A stretch of DNA of 63,997 nucleotides, counting the filler, from Lenisia limosa (Eukaryota; Protista; Breviatea), in assembly GCA_001655205.1 (NCBI GenBank). It is 10 parts of 10 records of this genome, joined end to end, with 100 filler letters (N's around TTAATTAATTAA, not from the genome) between each part and the next. Parts side by side here need not be neighbours in the genome. Positions count along the whole stretch, not along the records: positions 21,482 to 26,513 come from LPNZ01011593.1; positions 26,614 to 28,105 come from LPNZ01009357.1; positions 28,206 to 33,732 come from LPNZ01005545.1; positions 33,833 to 42,635 come from LPNZ01009261.1; 6 more parts are not named here. One strand, given 5' to 3'. Position numbers and translations under genes: made by a program. A model generated the notes under the pieces. That model was not told the DNA's origin and searched no databases. It saw only the letters and a list, made by a program, of their open reading frames with translations. Positions 21,500 through 33,854 of the stretch are shown in pieces. Numbering within the stretch: the stretch's first letter is position 1; every line of letters begins with the position of its first letter.

Positions 21500-24400
21500 A
21501 TGTAAAACTTGTAACCAGAACCCCATTAATTAGCTCAGAGAAGTAATCACACAGCAGTATTGAGTCCCGGTATAACACTGATACAAAATTAAAATATTAA
21601 TTGAGATGAGAACCACGAAAAAGGTTGTGTGTAGCCGAAGCCGTCTACACTATCACGCATACAAGAGGTATTGATTAGAGTATCATATTAATTACCTAAA
21701 ACCTTTTTTCGAAGAAAAAATAAAGCATAATACAACAGTGTTTTTTCACGGAGTGTATTAAAAGGCTCACAGTAGCGTGCACGTCAGCTCCAGTAGCAGT
21801 TTGAAGGGGAACAGTTGCAGCGTCATTACTATTGTCGGGGTCAGTCAAGGGGGCCGCAAGAGTCACCGTTGCGGTCATGTCCATGGTTTGTCCCTGAGAG
21901 GGGGGGGGGGNNNNNNNNNNNNNNNNNNNNNNNNNNNNNNNNNNNNNNNNNNNNNNNNNNNNNNNNNNNNNNNNNNNNNNNNNNNNNNNNNNNNNNNNNN
22001 NNNNNNNNNNNNNNNNNNNNNNNNNNNNNNNNNNNNNNNNNNCCGAAAAAATGATATCACTTAGCACCTTAGCCACCCAAATAATTCTGAAATCGGACTA
22101 TGATAATGACTGTAAAATAAAAAGCAGTACCTTAGACACCCAGGCGTCCACTCGGAACGACAGCGAAAGGGCCTTGGAAGTTGCAAGGCTGAAGGGGCAC
22201 GTGATTGTCTTGGCACCAGCATTGGGGGTGCATGTGACCTGGGGGGGGGGGGGGTTGNNNNNNNNNNNNNNNNNNNNNNNNNNNNNNNNNNNNNNNNNNN
22301 NNNNNNNNNNNNNNNNNNNNNNNNNNNNNNNNNNNNNNNNNNNNNNNNNNNNNNNNNNNNNNNNNNNNNNNNNNNNNNNNNNNNNNNNNNNNNNNNNNNN
22401 NNNNNNNNNNNNNNNNNNNNNNNNNNNNNNNNNNNNNGGACCGTTCAAACACAGAGGAGTTTTTAGGCGATTTGTAATATTTGAATTGGTCCTGAGAAAC
22501 TTTTGGATGAGTATACAAAAACATCCTTCTCATCAATCCATCAAACTAAAAAAACAAAAAAACACTCCTCTCTCTCGTAGGCGCTGGCAACAACACCATA
22601 GGCCTCAGTAAATGCAGAGTTGCATTCTTTCTTTTCTTCCTTGAGCATTTTCAAAGTGAACGAACAGTTTTCAGAGATGAAAAAATGTTTTATTCCACTG
22701 GTTATTGAGGTTTTGCAACTGATAACGTGTTGTTAGTTCAAAAACAATGATTTTGAAACATGTTTTGTGTCTTGTATGAAAGTTAAGAGATGGATTATTT
22801 TATTTCTCTGTTGAAACCTATCACTTCCTTTCTTCTTCGACTATGATAGTGTAAGGATACTGAGATCGGTATATTGAAAGCCAGGATTGCAGTGTCAGGA
22901 GGACAATTGTGTATAGGGTTAAAACCCATAACACCTACCCTTCATGGAGCCCTATTGTGTATTGATTGAAGAAACAGATATAGAGCCTAGTTTAGGAGAA
23001 TAACCTGGGATGAGGAGGGTGGGCTCAAAAATATTGCAAAAGAGGAATTGTTATTCATATTTTTTGTTAAATCTCAGATGAACTGAAATAGTCTCCTAAC
23101 ATATTTACGATATTACAATTGTGCGATTATGTAATCTGTTGTTGCTATCATTGTTTACATCCCTCTTACCTGAAATAAAACTATCATTAAACACACTGCT
23201 GCATTTAAGACAATTTTCTTCCTTTTTTTTAATATGTTAACATAGTATATCCCCCTTTTTTTCAATTGGAAAACCAGGCCTGGGATTCCAAAAATACAGG
23301 GTCTGGGTTAATTGTGTTTAATTATGTATTTCATTTGGCTGAATGGGATAAACAACAGTTTAAACTACTGTGACCAGGGTTCAAGCCCAAATAAGTGCAT
23401 TTTTTTCCCTCTAGGTATTTTTTTTTTTTTCCTTTTCTTTTTTCTTTTCTCACTTGTGCTTCTTTTTTTTGAGCGGTCACGACCGGTCCGGTCCGGACCA
23501 GACCAGACCGTTTATATTTACAAAAGAGACCGGACTGGACCGGACCGCTCATTTAAATATCTCAAAAAGACCGGGCCAGACCGGACCGGTCCGAATCGGA
23601 CCGTAGGGAACTAGTTGTGATTTTACCTGGTGTATATATCAGCATCTTTTTAAAATATTTTATACGATATGATGTAATTCATTACATATGTGTGGACATG
23701 CATCTCTCTCCCCTTCAACACACACACAAAACAACACCACCAGACCATTGTATCTAATCTTGCGTCTACCACCCCCTCCCACTTCAGCCGGAGTGTCCAT
23801 CACAAGAGTTCCGTAGTCGATATCGGCACTGATAACAACGGTCGCGTCAGGAGCGTCAGCGGGGCCCTTGTTGACGATGTATACGTAGTAGCGCGCTACT
23901 CCACCTTAGATGGGGGTAAGAAGGGGAATGCAACAACAGAGAGGGTGAGTGAAACGAAGGAAATTTCGATGAAGAATAATGGCAAGGTACTAATCACGAA
24001 TCACTCCAGCGTAGGGGGGGGGGGTGAAAATTCAACATTTATGAAACAAATACATGCATATCTCCACAAATAAAATCGAGCGTAAAAATGGACTATTGAT
24101 GGGAGTGGGGTGTGTTTGTGTATTTTAATAGAATAGAATAGAATGAAGCGAATGGGAGCCACCCTACAAACATTACGATTTTACCAAATTTCTTGATAAT
24201 GTTATGTGATTACAGGTCCTATTAGTAGATGTAGATGAGACAGTGTAGTATGATGATATGATTCTGCACTATATTAAATTTGTAGAACGTGATAGTAAAT
24301 CATACAATATGTACTTCATGGAAAGCAGAGATTCAATTTCGGTTCCAAAAAAGACTTAATTCTCGACAAATCTTTGATAAATTTCAATATTTCACATGTC

Positions 24401-26157
24401 AATTAGATCCGAAATCAAAGCACTTCTTAAAACCCTTGACCGCTTACTGGGATTCACAGTGACGGTAGGGAACGAAGACACTTGAACATGCAAATCGGCA
24501 TCCTAGAAGGACGTGAAAAAAGTAGATCTTCTTGTAAATGATTTTTTTCAAGGAATAATGGACAAAATTTGAAACCCCAACCCTCACCTTAGAAATAGGA
24601 ATGTCATCAGTGTCCATTATGCCTTCGGTCACAACCTCGGCTTTCACGGTTGCTAAGTTCGGCACAAAGGTTTCCCCAATACTCACGAGGGGAATTACAC
24701 GGAGCATTCCACCAACCTAAAACAGCGTTATCAGGTTAGATTCACTCTGTCCAAAAAAGACCGACAAAATATTAATAGCTCAAGCTTCCATCCAAAACAC
24801 GTACCCCCACATAAATCATAATGATCAAAAAAAAATAAAAATAATAATAAATAAAAATAATAATATTAAAAGAAAACAAAAAATAATCAAAAAAACAAAA
24901 AAAAAACAAAGGNNNNNNNNNNNNNNNNNNNNNNNNNNNNNNNNNNNNNNNNNNNNNNNNNNNNNNNNNNNNNNNNNNNNNNNNNNNNNNNNNNNNNNNN
25001 NNNGCAAGGCTGCAGTTAGCCGAAGTGGGAATGACGTTAATCGGTTCCGAGTATTCTGCCCCCGCAACTTCGGGAGAGAAGGTCAATGCAACCGTTCCTT
25101 GAAATGTGAGGTAAAATGCTGGAAGAAAATATAAGGTAAAATACTGCGAAACTACGTCTTCAAATGTTAGGAAAATGCTTCGAAAAACCAAACCAGGTAC
25201 AAGATTTATCAAAAATATCCGAAAAAGATTTAACTAAAAACAAAAAAACACCAACCAGGGGGGGAGTTGGCTGGACCAGTGTTCGTAATCGCAACCGTAG
25301 TACTGCCCTAAAGAGGGTTAGGATATGCCAAACTATGTTCCAAATATGCCACATTATTCATTTTATAAGAATTATATGTGTCAAATGTTATGAAACATTC
25401 GTGTTCAATGTGATTTCCCCCCTAATAAACCAACCTTTCGTCCAACTACAATGTCGGAAGAGGCTGGAGGGACAGACAAGGACAAAGCATAGTTCTACAA
25501 AATGACGTGATAACAAAATCAGAAGAAAATAGAGAGTGAGTGAAAAGCAGATTGACCTGTAAGTCAACATAATTGATATTGGGCGTATTTGTTTCGATTT
25601 CTAATTCTACCATACACATTGATATATTCACCATATACTCCTCACCTGAACGACATTGACTGAGACGGCCTCGAAGGTGTCGACAATGTGGGGTGGAGTG
25701 CCCGCGCCAACTGCATTGATAGAAACCTGTGAGGAGAGGGGGGTCAAAATGAGAAAAAAAAAAAAGGAGCCAAATCAACTCTGTCGGCTGATTGGGAATG
25801 GGTTTCATACTGCTAATTGTTATCCACTGTTGAGTTGATGAGAGAATAGCGCGTGTTTGTCAATGATAAGGTTAAAAATGGAGGGAAGGGAGAAAAGGGG
25901 GATGGAGTTATTGTGAGAGGAGTGTATTTCATATCATTTGTGCTGTATGTAGGGCTTCCCTACCGTCCCAAAAAAAAACCAGGTTAAATATTGATATTTA
26001 TCGGGGATTTATTGAGAAATTCAGCCTTTTTTCGAACCGAAGTGAAGCCCTACTTGCAACATGCAGAAAATAAGACCCCCAAACATTTGAAGAGAGCACG
26101 GAACCGCCAAGAACGTCAGGGGGAATGACCAGCGCAACGTTCAGCAGTTTTGTAGTT
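21500..26157 (-). CDS. Extracellular/surface protein with a DUF11-like domain
   Basis: Exons GVARYYVYIVNKGPADAPDATVVIS, VTCTPNAGAKTITCPFSLATSKALSLSFRVD, MDMTATVTLAAPLTDPDNSNDAATV fit the DUF11 pattern (Y.I.V.N.GP.DA...; TATV....DP..SN..A). Confidence 0.6.
21600..21680 (-). repeat. GCCGAAGCCG repeat, copy 3
   Basis: GTAGCCGAAGCCGTCTACACTATCACGCATACAAGAG. Confidence 0.65.
23470..23612. repeat. GACC(G/A)-rich palindromic repeat ending in a MITE-type terminus
   Basis: TGAGCGGTC (23470) / GACCGCTCA (23551) inverted pair, many GACC(G/A) units, ends GGACCGTAGGGA. Confidence 0.6.
23950..24062 (-). mobile_element. Introner-like modules 1+2 (DUF11 gene intron)
   Basis: TTTGTTTCATAAAT...TTTTCACCCCC followed by ATCGAAATTTCCTTCGTTTCAC. 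Confidence 0.55.
25727..25792 (-). mobile_element. Introner-like intron 3' module (DUF11 gene intron)
   Basis: CAGCCGACAGAGTTGATTTGGCTC...ATTTTGACCCCCC...CAG|. Confidence 0.5.
25952..26050. mobile_element. MITE with TA on both flanks and mixed end types
   Basis: TA-GGGCTTCCCTACCGTCCC...GAACCGAAGTGAAGCCC-TA. Confidence 0.75.
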
Positions 26158-26302
26158 CTAGCGTGGGGGAAATGAAGGTTGTAATTGTAAGAAAAGCAGT
26201 TATTTTAGTTGTATTGTTAGAGGGAGAGGGTGATTTAGAAGACTAGTTCTGTAGTCGTCATGTGACCCTCCCCCTCCACCTTTATTGTAATAATATAATT
26301 AA

Positions 26303-26396
26303 GGCTTCACTTCGGTTCGAAAAAGACTGATAAAATATCGATATTTATCGAAGAATATCGAGAAAGTCAGTCTTTGTTTGAGCCGAAGTGAAGCCC
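26303..26396. mobile_element. MITE, near-perfect TIRs
   Basis: GGCTTCACTTCGGTTCGAAAAAGACTG...CAGTCTTTGTTTGAGCCGAAGTGAAGCC. Confidence 0.8.
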
Positions 26397-26469
26397 CGAA
26401 TATAATCAATCCCTATCCCATTCAGAGCACAACCACAAATACGTGTGATCATTTGTGGGTAACCCCAAA

Positions 26470-26513
26470 GGATTCACTTCGGTTCGGAAAATATCGATAG
26501 TTTTCGAAGATTT
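26470..26513. mobile_element. MITE left part (cut by linker)
   Basis: GGATTCACTTCGGTTCGGAAAATATCGATAGTTTTCGAAGATTT. Confidence 0.6.
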
Positions 26514-26799
26514 NNNNNNNNNNNNNNNNNNNNNNNNNNNNNNNNNNNNNNNNNNNNTTAATTAATTAANNNNNNNNNNNNNNNNNNNNNNNNNNNNNNN
26601 NNNNNNNNNNNNNTAGGGGAGGGGGGGATGATCAATAATGAGAAACAGAAGGGTGTTAGGGGGATGCTAAACTCCTTCAAACCCTTTCTCTCCCTATGGA
26701 GAGGTGAGGGAAGAGAAGAAGAGTATAAAAGAATAAAAAGCTTACAGAAGAGAATAAAGGAGAAAAAAACAGAAAACACACCTTGCCTGCAAGAACACA

Positions 26800-28105
26800 G
26801 ATGTGACATCATCATCATCCATGGCAGTTGTATAAGCTTCCCAGAGGTGCGGTTGGCGCGCAACATCACGTAATGCGCGCAGGCCTGCGCGTGAGAAAAG
26901 TGGTAGTTTTATGAACAAATTTATAGCATAACAAACTGATTGCTGCAACTATAAACGTTTTAAAGAGACACCCCCTTTTAGNNNNNNNNNNNNNNNNNNN
27001 NNNNNNNNNNNNNNNNNNNNNNNNNNNNNNNNNNNNNNNNNNNNNNNNNNNNNNNNNNNNNNNNNNNNNNNNNNNNNNNNNNNNNNNNNNNNNNNNNNNN
27101 NNNNNNNNNNNNNNNNNNNNNNNNNNNNNNNNGTATCTAAAATATAGTATTTCATACAGTGACCAGGATAAGTCTTGACCGATTTGCTATGAATTCCCAA
27201 AGAAAATCTGTCAAGACTTATCCCTGTCACTGTATTCTATATAGACTATACACCCCCACCAAGGCAATCCACTGAGGCGGCCATCACATCCACCAGTTGA
27301 GGTACGTCGTATTCGCTCATGTCACTGTTGAGGAATGCGGCTAGAGGGGGAGGAGGTGAAACGAAGGAAATTTCGATAGTGTAAAATTGGAAAATTTATG
27401 AAAAAAGCCCAAAATCAACTCGGTTGGATGACGACACACAAGGGTTGATAACAACANNNNNNNNNNNNNNNNNNNNNNNNNNNNNNNNNNNNNNNNNNNN
27501 NNNNNNNNNNNNNNNNNNNNNNNNNNNNNNNNNNNNNNNNNNNNNNNNNNNNNNNNNNNNNNNNNNNNNNNNNNNNNNNNNNNNNNNNNNNNNNNNNNNN
27601 NNNNNNNNNNNNNNNNNNNNNNNNNNNNNNNNNNNNNNNNNNNNNNNNNNNNNNNNNNNNNNNNNNNNNNNNNNNNNNNNNNNNNNNNNNNNNNNNNNNN
27701 NNNNNNNNNNNACCGGCAAATAGAGAGACAATGACGTATTTTGAATTGTCTCTGATGACCGTAACTGGAGGAAGGCCAGCCTAAGGATATCAGAAAAAAG
27801 GTGGGACTCCTTGTAATTAATAATTTGAGGAAAAAAAAGTAGGACTCAGTATAATTATTATTGTAAGGAAATTATGCATGAAGTCAGACTGAATCAACTT
27901 GGGATAAAGTGTTGAAGAAGACTATTTTCTGTGCTCTTATCCAGCAGGTTTACAGTGGTATAAAACAGTTTTGCAAAATTTATCTGCGAATGACATCCAT
28001 CTATTTGATTGTTTCGTCTAACATATTTATATAGTAGTATTCACATACCTTGATGCAGTGTGCCCAGAAAGATGGCTCGCGGGATAGCGGCGTCATAGAG
28101 AGTCG
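26800..28105 (-). CDS. Hypothetical helical protein fragment between two linkers
   Basis: Exons TLYDAAIPRAIFLGTLHQ, AFLNSDMSEYDVPQLVDVMAASVDCL, GLRALRDVARQPHLWEAY with canonical splice sites. Confidence 0.4.
27341..27456 (-). mobile_element. Introner-like modules (hypothetical gene intron)
   Basis: TTGTTATCAACCCTTGTGTG...CCAACCGAGTTGATTTTGGGC...TCATAAATTTTCCAATTTTAC, then ACTATCGAAATTTCCTTCGTTTCAC...TAG|. Confidence 0.6.
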
Positions 28106-28267
28106 NNNNNNNNNNNNNNNNNNNNNNNNNNNNNNNNNNNNNNNNNNNNTTAATTAATTAANNNNNNNNNNNNNNNNNNNNNNNNNNNNNNNNNNNNNNN
28201 NNNNNCAGGAGCTGAGCGCGCTTTAACTGTTGTTAATAATGTTGAACCTGTCACTATTGCTACTCCA

Positions 28268-29552
28268 GGCCAAGGTCAAGGAAAAGGAAGAGGAAGAGGA
28301 CGTGCAAGGGGAAAGTATAAACTTGATTAATCTATATATTTTTAACTATGTACTGCTGGGAAGCACAGGAATTGTTTATATTTTCCAAAAAATAATTCAT
28401 AATTATCATAAAATTTTAAGAAAAACAAGTCAGGATTCACACTCATATTGGGATTCACACTCATATAGGTCGCCTTATATATTTCTTCATAATGCAGCCA
28501 TTTGTAATCGGTTGTTTGGACATATGTGTGTTGGGCCAACAATCTCTTCATTCCTTCCGGCTTTCTTCACCTTCTAGCTTCAAGACGAGTACAAAATGCT
28601 GTCATCAATAGCTGACGGCTTGAGAGAAGCTATAGAAGAACTTTATGATTACACCTCAAAGTGAGTATTATTGCCTTTTTATCAAATATCTATTTTGAGA
28701 TTGCGCTGATTGTTAATTCTACCAATCAATCTTCAATATTATCCAATTTTTTAACATTATACAGAAAAGGCCCAGCCCCGACAATGGGCGAGTTACTCAC
28801 AATCGAAAGTGACGCTGCGGTAGGGTCGGGGAGATGGATGTTAACAACAAACTTGTACAGTCGTGGGGAAATCAGAAACAAACGTCACAGTACTAATGTT
28901 ATCTTTTTTAGAGGTCTGGACTTTTATTACCAAATAACAATATTTTTTTCTTCAATATACTACTGGAAAAATCCCGACACTTTGTGCATAAATGTTCAAT
29001 ATTGACTTTGTTTTGCCAGTCCCGTATTTCATCTATAACTTCTGTGATGTTTTAAAAATATTTACAGCTAAATTCACGTTTAATTACCATATACAATAAC
29101 TAGAACACCAAAGTTTGTGTTACAATATTTTACTCATAATGTATATCATTGATAATCTTTTTCAGAGGATATTGGAGGCTGAATCAAGGTCTAGTCAGCA
29201 GGTATGGTGGTTAATTTCGACTCACAGTGTGCTGTGCTGAATAATTTGGGACAAAATGATAAATGTAGTATTACTTTTGCGTCAGCTCATACCACATACA
29301 CATACATTTTTTAGCTTGTGGCAACAATTGACGTTAGTTTGATGGAATTTTGATCTTAACTTTTATCAATAAATTTGATATATTAAAATGATGAACGAAT
29401 AAGAGAATTTCAAATATATTACATAAGTCACAGTCAAAAGTCAATCATTTTCACTCATCCATTCTTGATAGTCTGTTCTGACTTTGCAGCAACGGCCACC
29501 TTCAAGGGCTGCTTCTAGGCTGAGATCAGCAGTGCACAGCGCAAGAAGTTGA
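28268..29552 (+). CDS. Hypothetical protein, 3' part
   Basis: Exons LQDEYKMLSSIADGLREAIEELYDY, RILEAESRSSQQ, SVLTLQQRPPSR...ARS*. Confidence 0.33.
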
Positions 29553-29841
29553 AAGGGTGTTTGTTTAGTGTATAGTAGGGTTTGTAATTTGTACAATAGA
29601 ATTCTGTTTCCAATTTAGAGGTAATTTATATTATATGAAGACTTTTAGTCAGAGTTTAAATCATTAAATCATACAATCATATAATAGATCCTTAATATTG
29701 CCTTAATACGAATAACATGTGCTGGATATGTGTACACTCGTGTCCACAAAACTGTTAAGATGAAAAAGATCGACCCAAGATCTGGGAAGATCCGGGTATA
29801 AATGTTGAGAAAATTATGTTCGATGGGCCTCTTGTTTAGTC

Positions 29842-32800
29842 ATGATGAACTTAACAAGTATTTTATTGCTCCTAGTGTGCATCTTTGCCTCAGCTCTGGC
29901 TGTTTAGTAGGGTCAGTTCTCTTCCCACAATCCAACTAACGTTCTAGTCATCGTGATGAGGTTACTCACCTTCCCCGTCTTAGCAAACAGCCGAACTTTA
30001 GACACTACTCTGGCTACCTTAACGTTGAGCAGCGCTACGGTCACCACATGTTCTATTGGTGAGCCGCTGACCTTCCATACTATTCTAATCACAATGATAA
30101 CAATTATGAGGCGGTTCCGACATTTAATATTTCTGGTATGCACAACATACGTGGATCTGGTCCGCTTATCTCTGGACGGTCATCTGGCATTAGCGTTATG
30201 CTGTGGAATGAGGGGACAATGAGGCTATTTGGTTATGTTTGTTTTTCTATAGTTTTTAGAACTTAAATACGGGTCTTCCACATTTGAAGGAATTGTCAGA
30301 GCTACGCTCACAACTGCTCTTTACCCGCTCAGGTTTGTTGAATCACAAAACGACCCAGCCAATGATCCTGTTATTTTCTGGCATAATGGCGGACCTGTAG
30401 GTCTGGGCTTTGGGGAATGGAGTAGAACAGCGCTTAATGGATATTGCTAAACCACTGATACTTTCCTGTTACTTTACTATGGTATTGTCGAAAGTTATCA
30501 ACCGAGGAGGTTATCAACAGGAGAACAGAAGAGAGTAGCTAAACGTTCATAATTAGACTTGATTTGTTCTACCCCCCCCCCCCCCNNNNNNNNNNNNNNN
30601 NNNNNNNNNNNNNNNNNNNNNNNNNNNNNNNNNNNNNNNNNNNNNNNNNNNNNNNNNNNNNNNNNNNNNNNNNNNNNNNNNNNNNNNNNNNNNNNNNNNN
30701 NNNNNNNNNNNNNNNNNNNNNNNNTGGCGACAATACTCTGTTTACATTAATTCTGATTTTTCTGGGGTTAATTTTGTGTGTAATTTCCCCTTATAATATT
30801 TTTGTGAATATTCCTTTTCAATGATATTTTCGACTGTTGGCCACGTGCCCACCTTCCAGGGCTGCAGCGGCATGATCGGAATGCTTGCAGAGGGCGGGCC
30901 GTTCCACATCACTCCCGATGGCAACGTCGAACTCTACGAGTACGCCATGAACGCCAACGTGAGCGTGGTCTAAGAACACAATCATTCGTTGCGAACTTTC
31001 TACATTAAGAACTAGTATCCCGATTGAAGAATTCGTCTCAACACCCTGCGCCTACTCACTATCGAAATTTCCTTCGTTTTACTCCCCCCCCCCCNNNNNN
31101 NNNNNNNNNNNNNNNNNNNNNNNNNNNNNNNNNNNNNNNNNNNNNNNNNNNNNNNNNNNNNNNNNNNNNNNNNNNNNNNNNNNNNNNNNNNNNNNNNNNN
31201 NCAGTTCCGATGATGGCGTAGGCTGGGTTTGGAACCTGTCGCTTCTTATTGGATAGGCTGGGTTGGGACCCCTGTCACTTCTTATTATCCCTCTTCAAAC
31301 CCTCGTGTTTCCGTTCAGATTCCCCCTTACCCTCCTCCCAGAACTACGCTATTGATGACGCTGGTGTTGCTCGAGACGTGTCTAACATGGTTACTGCCTT
31401 CTTCAAGGAGTACACTGAGTTTGCTCACCTCCCCATTGCTCTTGCTGGAGAGTCCTATGCTGGACATTACATCCCAAACCTTGCCCGTGTATGTGGCTTT
31501 AAGACTTGGATATTGCCCATGAATTGTTGCACCCTCTTCTGTTTGCACTCTCATAGCAAGTAATTTCAAGAGTTCCCTGTATTTTACTGGGGCCTCAATC
31601 CCCTAATTATTGGTGATGACCACCCCGCAGCACATGATTGAGTCGAAGAACCCCCACGCCAGCCGCCTCACTCACCTCCTTCTCGGCAATCCCCTCAACG
31701 ACCCCCTCATGGACAACTCAGGTGCTATTGTGGTATGCTGGCCTTTGTGGTATTGGCCTGCCAAGAGGTGCTACTGTGGTATGCTGGCCTGTTAAGAGCT
31801 ACATGGATATCGTATACCAAAAGGCTGTGGGGGCGTTTGAAGTCGTAATTATACCAACATTGGATGCTGTGAACTAATTTACTGGGAGGAGGGAGTATCC
31901 ATTCTAGCGTCAAAACGTATCAGCATTACCGATGTCATTTTGACCATTTTAGCATTGGGTGGCTCACTACGCTCTCAGTGAGGACCTTGCCCACCAGATC
32001 ATGAACAACTGCAACTTCACCAACCACTTCCCCATCATGGCAAGCCAGGTTGGTTGGCAAAGGGCATGGTTTCCTTATGGTTGACATCTCTTTATTTGTT
32101 GCCCCCCCCCCCCATTTTTTTCCCTCTCTATGCTCATTTTTTTCTTCTTTTTTTTTGTCTGTGGCAACCCCCCATCAAATAACCTCCCACTTAGTCCAAN
32201 NNNNNNNNNNNNNNNNNNNNNNNNNNNNNNNNNNNNNNNNNNNNNNNNNNNNNNNNNNNNNNNNNNNNNNNNNNNNNNNNNNNNNNNNNNNNNNNNNNNN
32301 NNNNNNNCCGTGACTCCGAATCAAAATGCGACTATCTTCTTGACCAGGCAGAGGATATGATGGGCTCTGTTTCGATTTGTGGGAGGGGAGTGGAGGTAGT
32401 TCATAAAGAGTCAAAACAAATATGATTAACCAGTTCAACATAAATTTATTTTAATATCAAGAGCGAGGAATCACCCCCCCCCCCCTAGACAATCTCCTTG
32501 CCGATGTCTGTACTNNNNNNNNNNNNNNNNNNNNNNNNNNNNNNNNNNNNNNNNNNNNNNNNNNNNNNNNNNNNNNNNNNNNNNNNNNNNNNNNTTGCCG
32601 ATGTCTGTACTAGCTCCTACGACATTGACTCACTGCGCACCCCGGCACGTGATGGTGGATGGCAGTCTGACCCCTGCGAGGACAAGCATATGAGCGACTT
32701 CATGAACGAGTGAGCTTCTTGCATATCATACCATAATATATATATGATATGTATTACAATAGTCTTTAGTCATCTTTTTCACATTGTAGTCCGGATGTGA

Positions 32801-33012
32801 TGACGGCTCTCCACGCCAAGCTCCCGAAACAGGCCTCTTCCTGGGAGTCTTGTTCCAATATTGTCCGCTACGACTACTCCAGTGTGCAGGGCTCATGTAT
32901 TCTTGATGGGCCGTTTTGTGTTTGATAGTACATACAGTATACTATATGATCATATACTATATTTTACGTTGCCTTTTTGTATTTATACTCTGTGCGTGTA
33001 TGTGTGTGTGTG

Positions 33013-33060
<48 letters not shown>

Positions 33061-33714
33061 GTGTGTGTGTATATGTGTGTGAACTAAAATGAAGTTGTTG
33101 CCTTCTTCACAATCCCAGACCTCCTGACACCCATGCGTGACAACTACGACTACATCCTCTCTAAGATGCCCAACATGAAGATCCTCTTCTACTCGTAAGC
33201 ATTCTTGTTACAATCGACGTCTGTATTTTATTATTAGTATTTCTGTTACAAGCTCGCTACTACTGATTCCAGCGTTCCCACCCTCAACTCTTATTATTCA
33301 TTATTGTGATTTGAGTAATACCACGAATTGTCCTCACAACACAGCGGCGATCTTGACGGAATCCTGCCGTCTAAGGGAACACACGACTTTGTCAAGGCCT
33401 TTGGCAACAAGGTTACTACCGGCTACAGGTACATAGGCTGTTCCCATATGTACATCAAAATAGTGGTGGACCTTTCTCAACAAACCTCCATTTTGATGTC
33501 TCAACAAACGTCCTTTTATGATGTTTTCCTCTGAACTGTAGATCATTGGACTTTTCTCATCGTAGTTGGAAGGAATCGTCACCTTACAATCTGCAATTTA
33601 AAACCATTTACCGCTGACACTGTAGGAGCTGGAACACAGTTGAGGGACAAGTTGGCGGCTACGCTGCCCACTACGGCAATGTTGCCTTCACCACCATCCG
33701 CGGTGCTGGACACG
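29842..33714 (+). CDS. Secreted serine carboxypeptidase, peptidase family S10 (last exon lost at linker)
   Basis: Signal peptide MMNLTSILLLLVCIFASALA; HYSGYLNV, WFVESQNDPANDPVIFWHNGGP|GCS, catalytic GESYAGHY, GDLDG, TIRGAGH. Confidence 0.95.
31057..31094 (+). mobile_element. Introner-like module 2 (carboxypeptidase intron)
   Basis: CACTATCGAAATTTCCTTCGTTTTACTCCCC, matching 27355-27381 on the opposite strand. Confidence 0.55.
33001..33080. repeat. (GT)n(CT)n microsatellite in carboxypeptidase intron
   Basis: Direct reading. Confidence 0.9.
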
Positions 33715-33854
33715 GTGCGGCAGAGGGGGGAGNNNNNNNNNNNNNNNNNNNNNNNNNNNNNNNNNNNNNNNNNNNNTTAATTAATTAANNNNNNNNNNNN
33801 NNNNNNNNNNNNNNNNNNNNNNNNNNNNNNNNCCCCCTTAATAAATCACCCCAC

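Noticed and set aside
32498-32611. 17-nt duplicate TTGCCGATGTCTGTACT flanking a gap
   Set aside because: Most likely unmerged overlapping contig ends.
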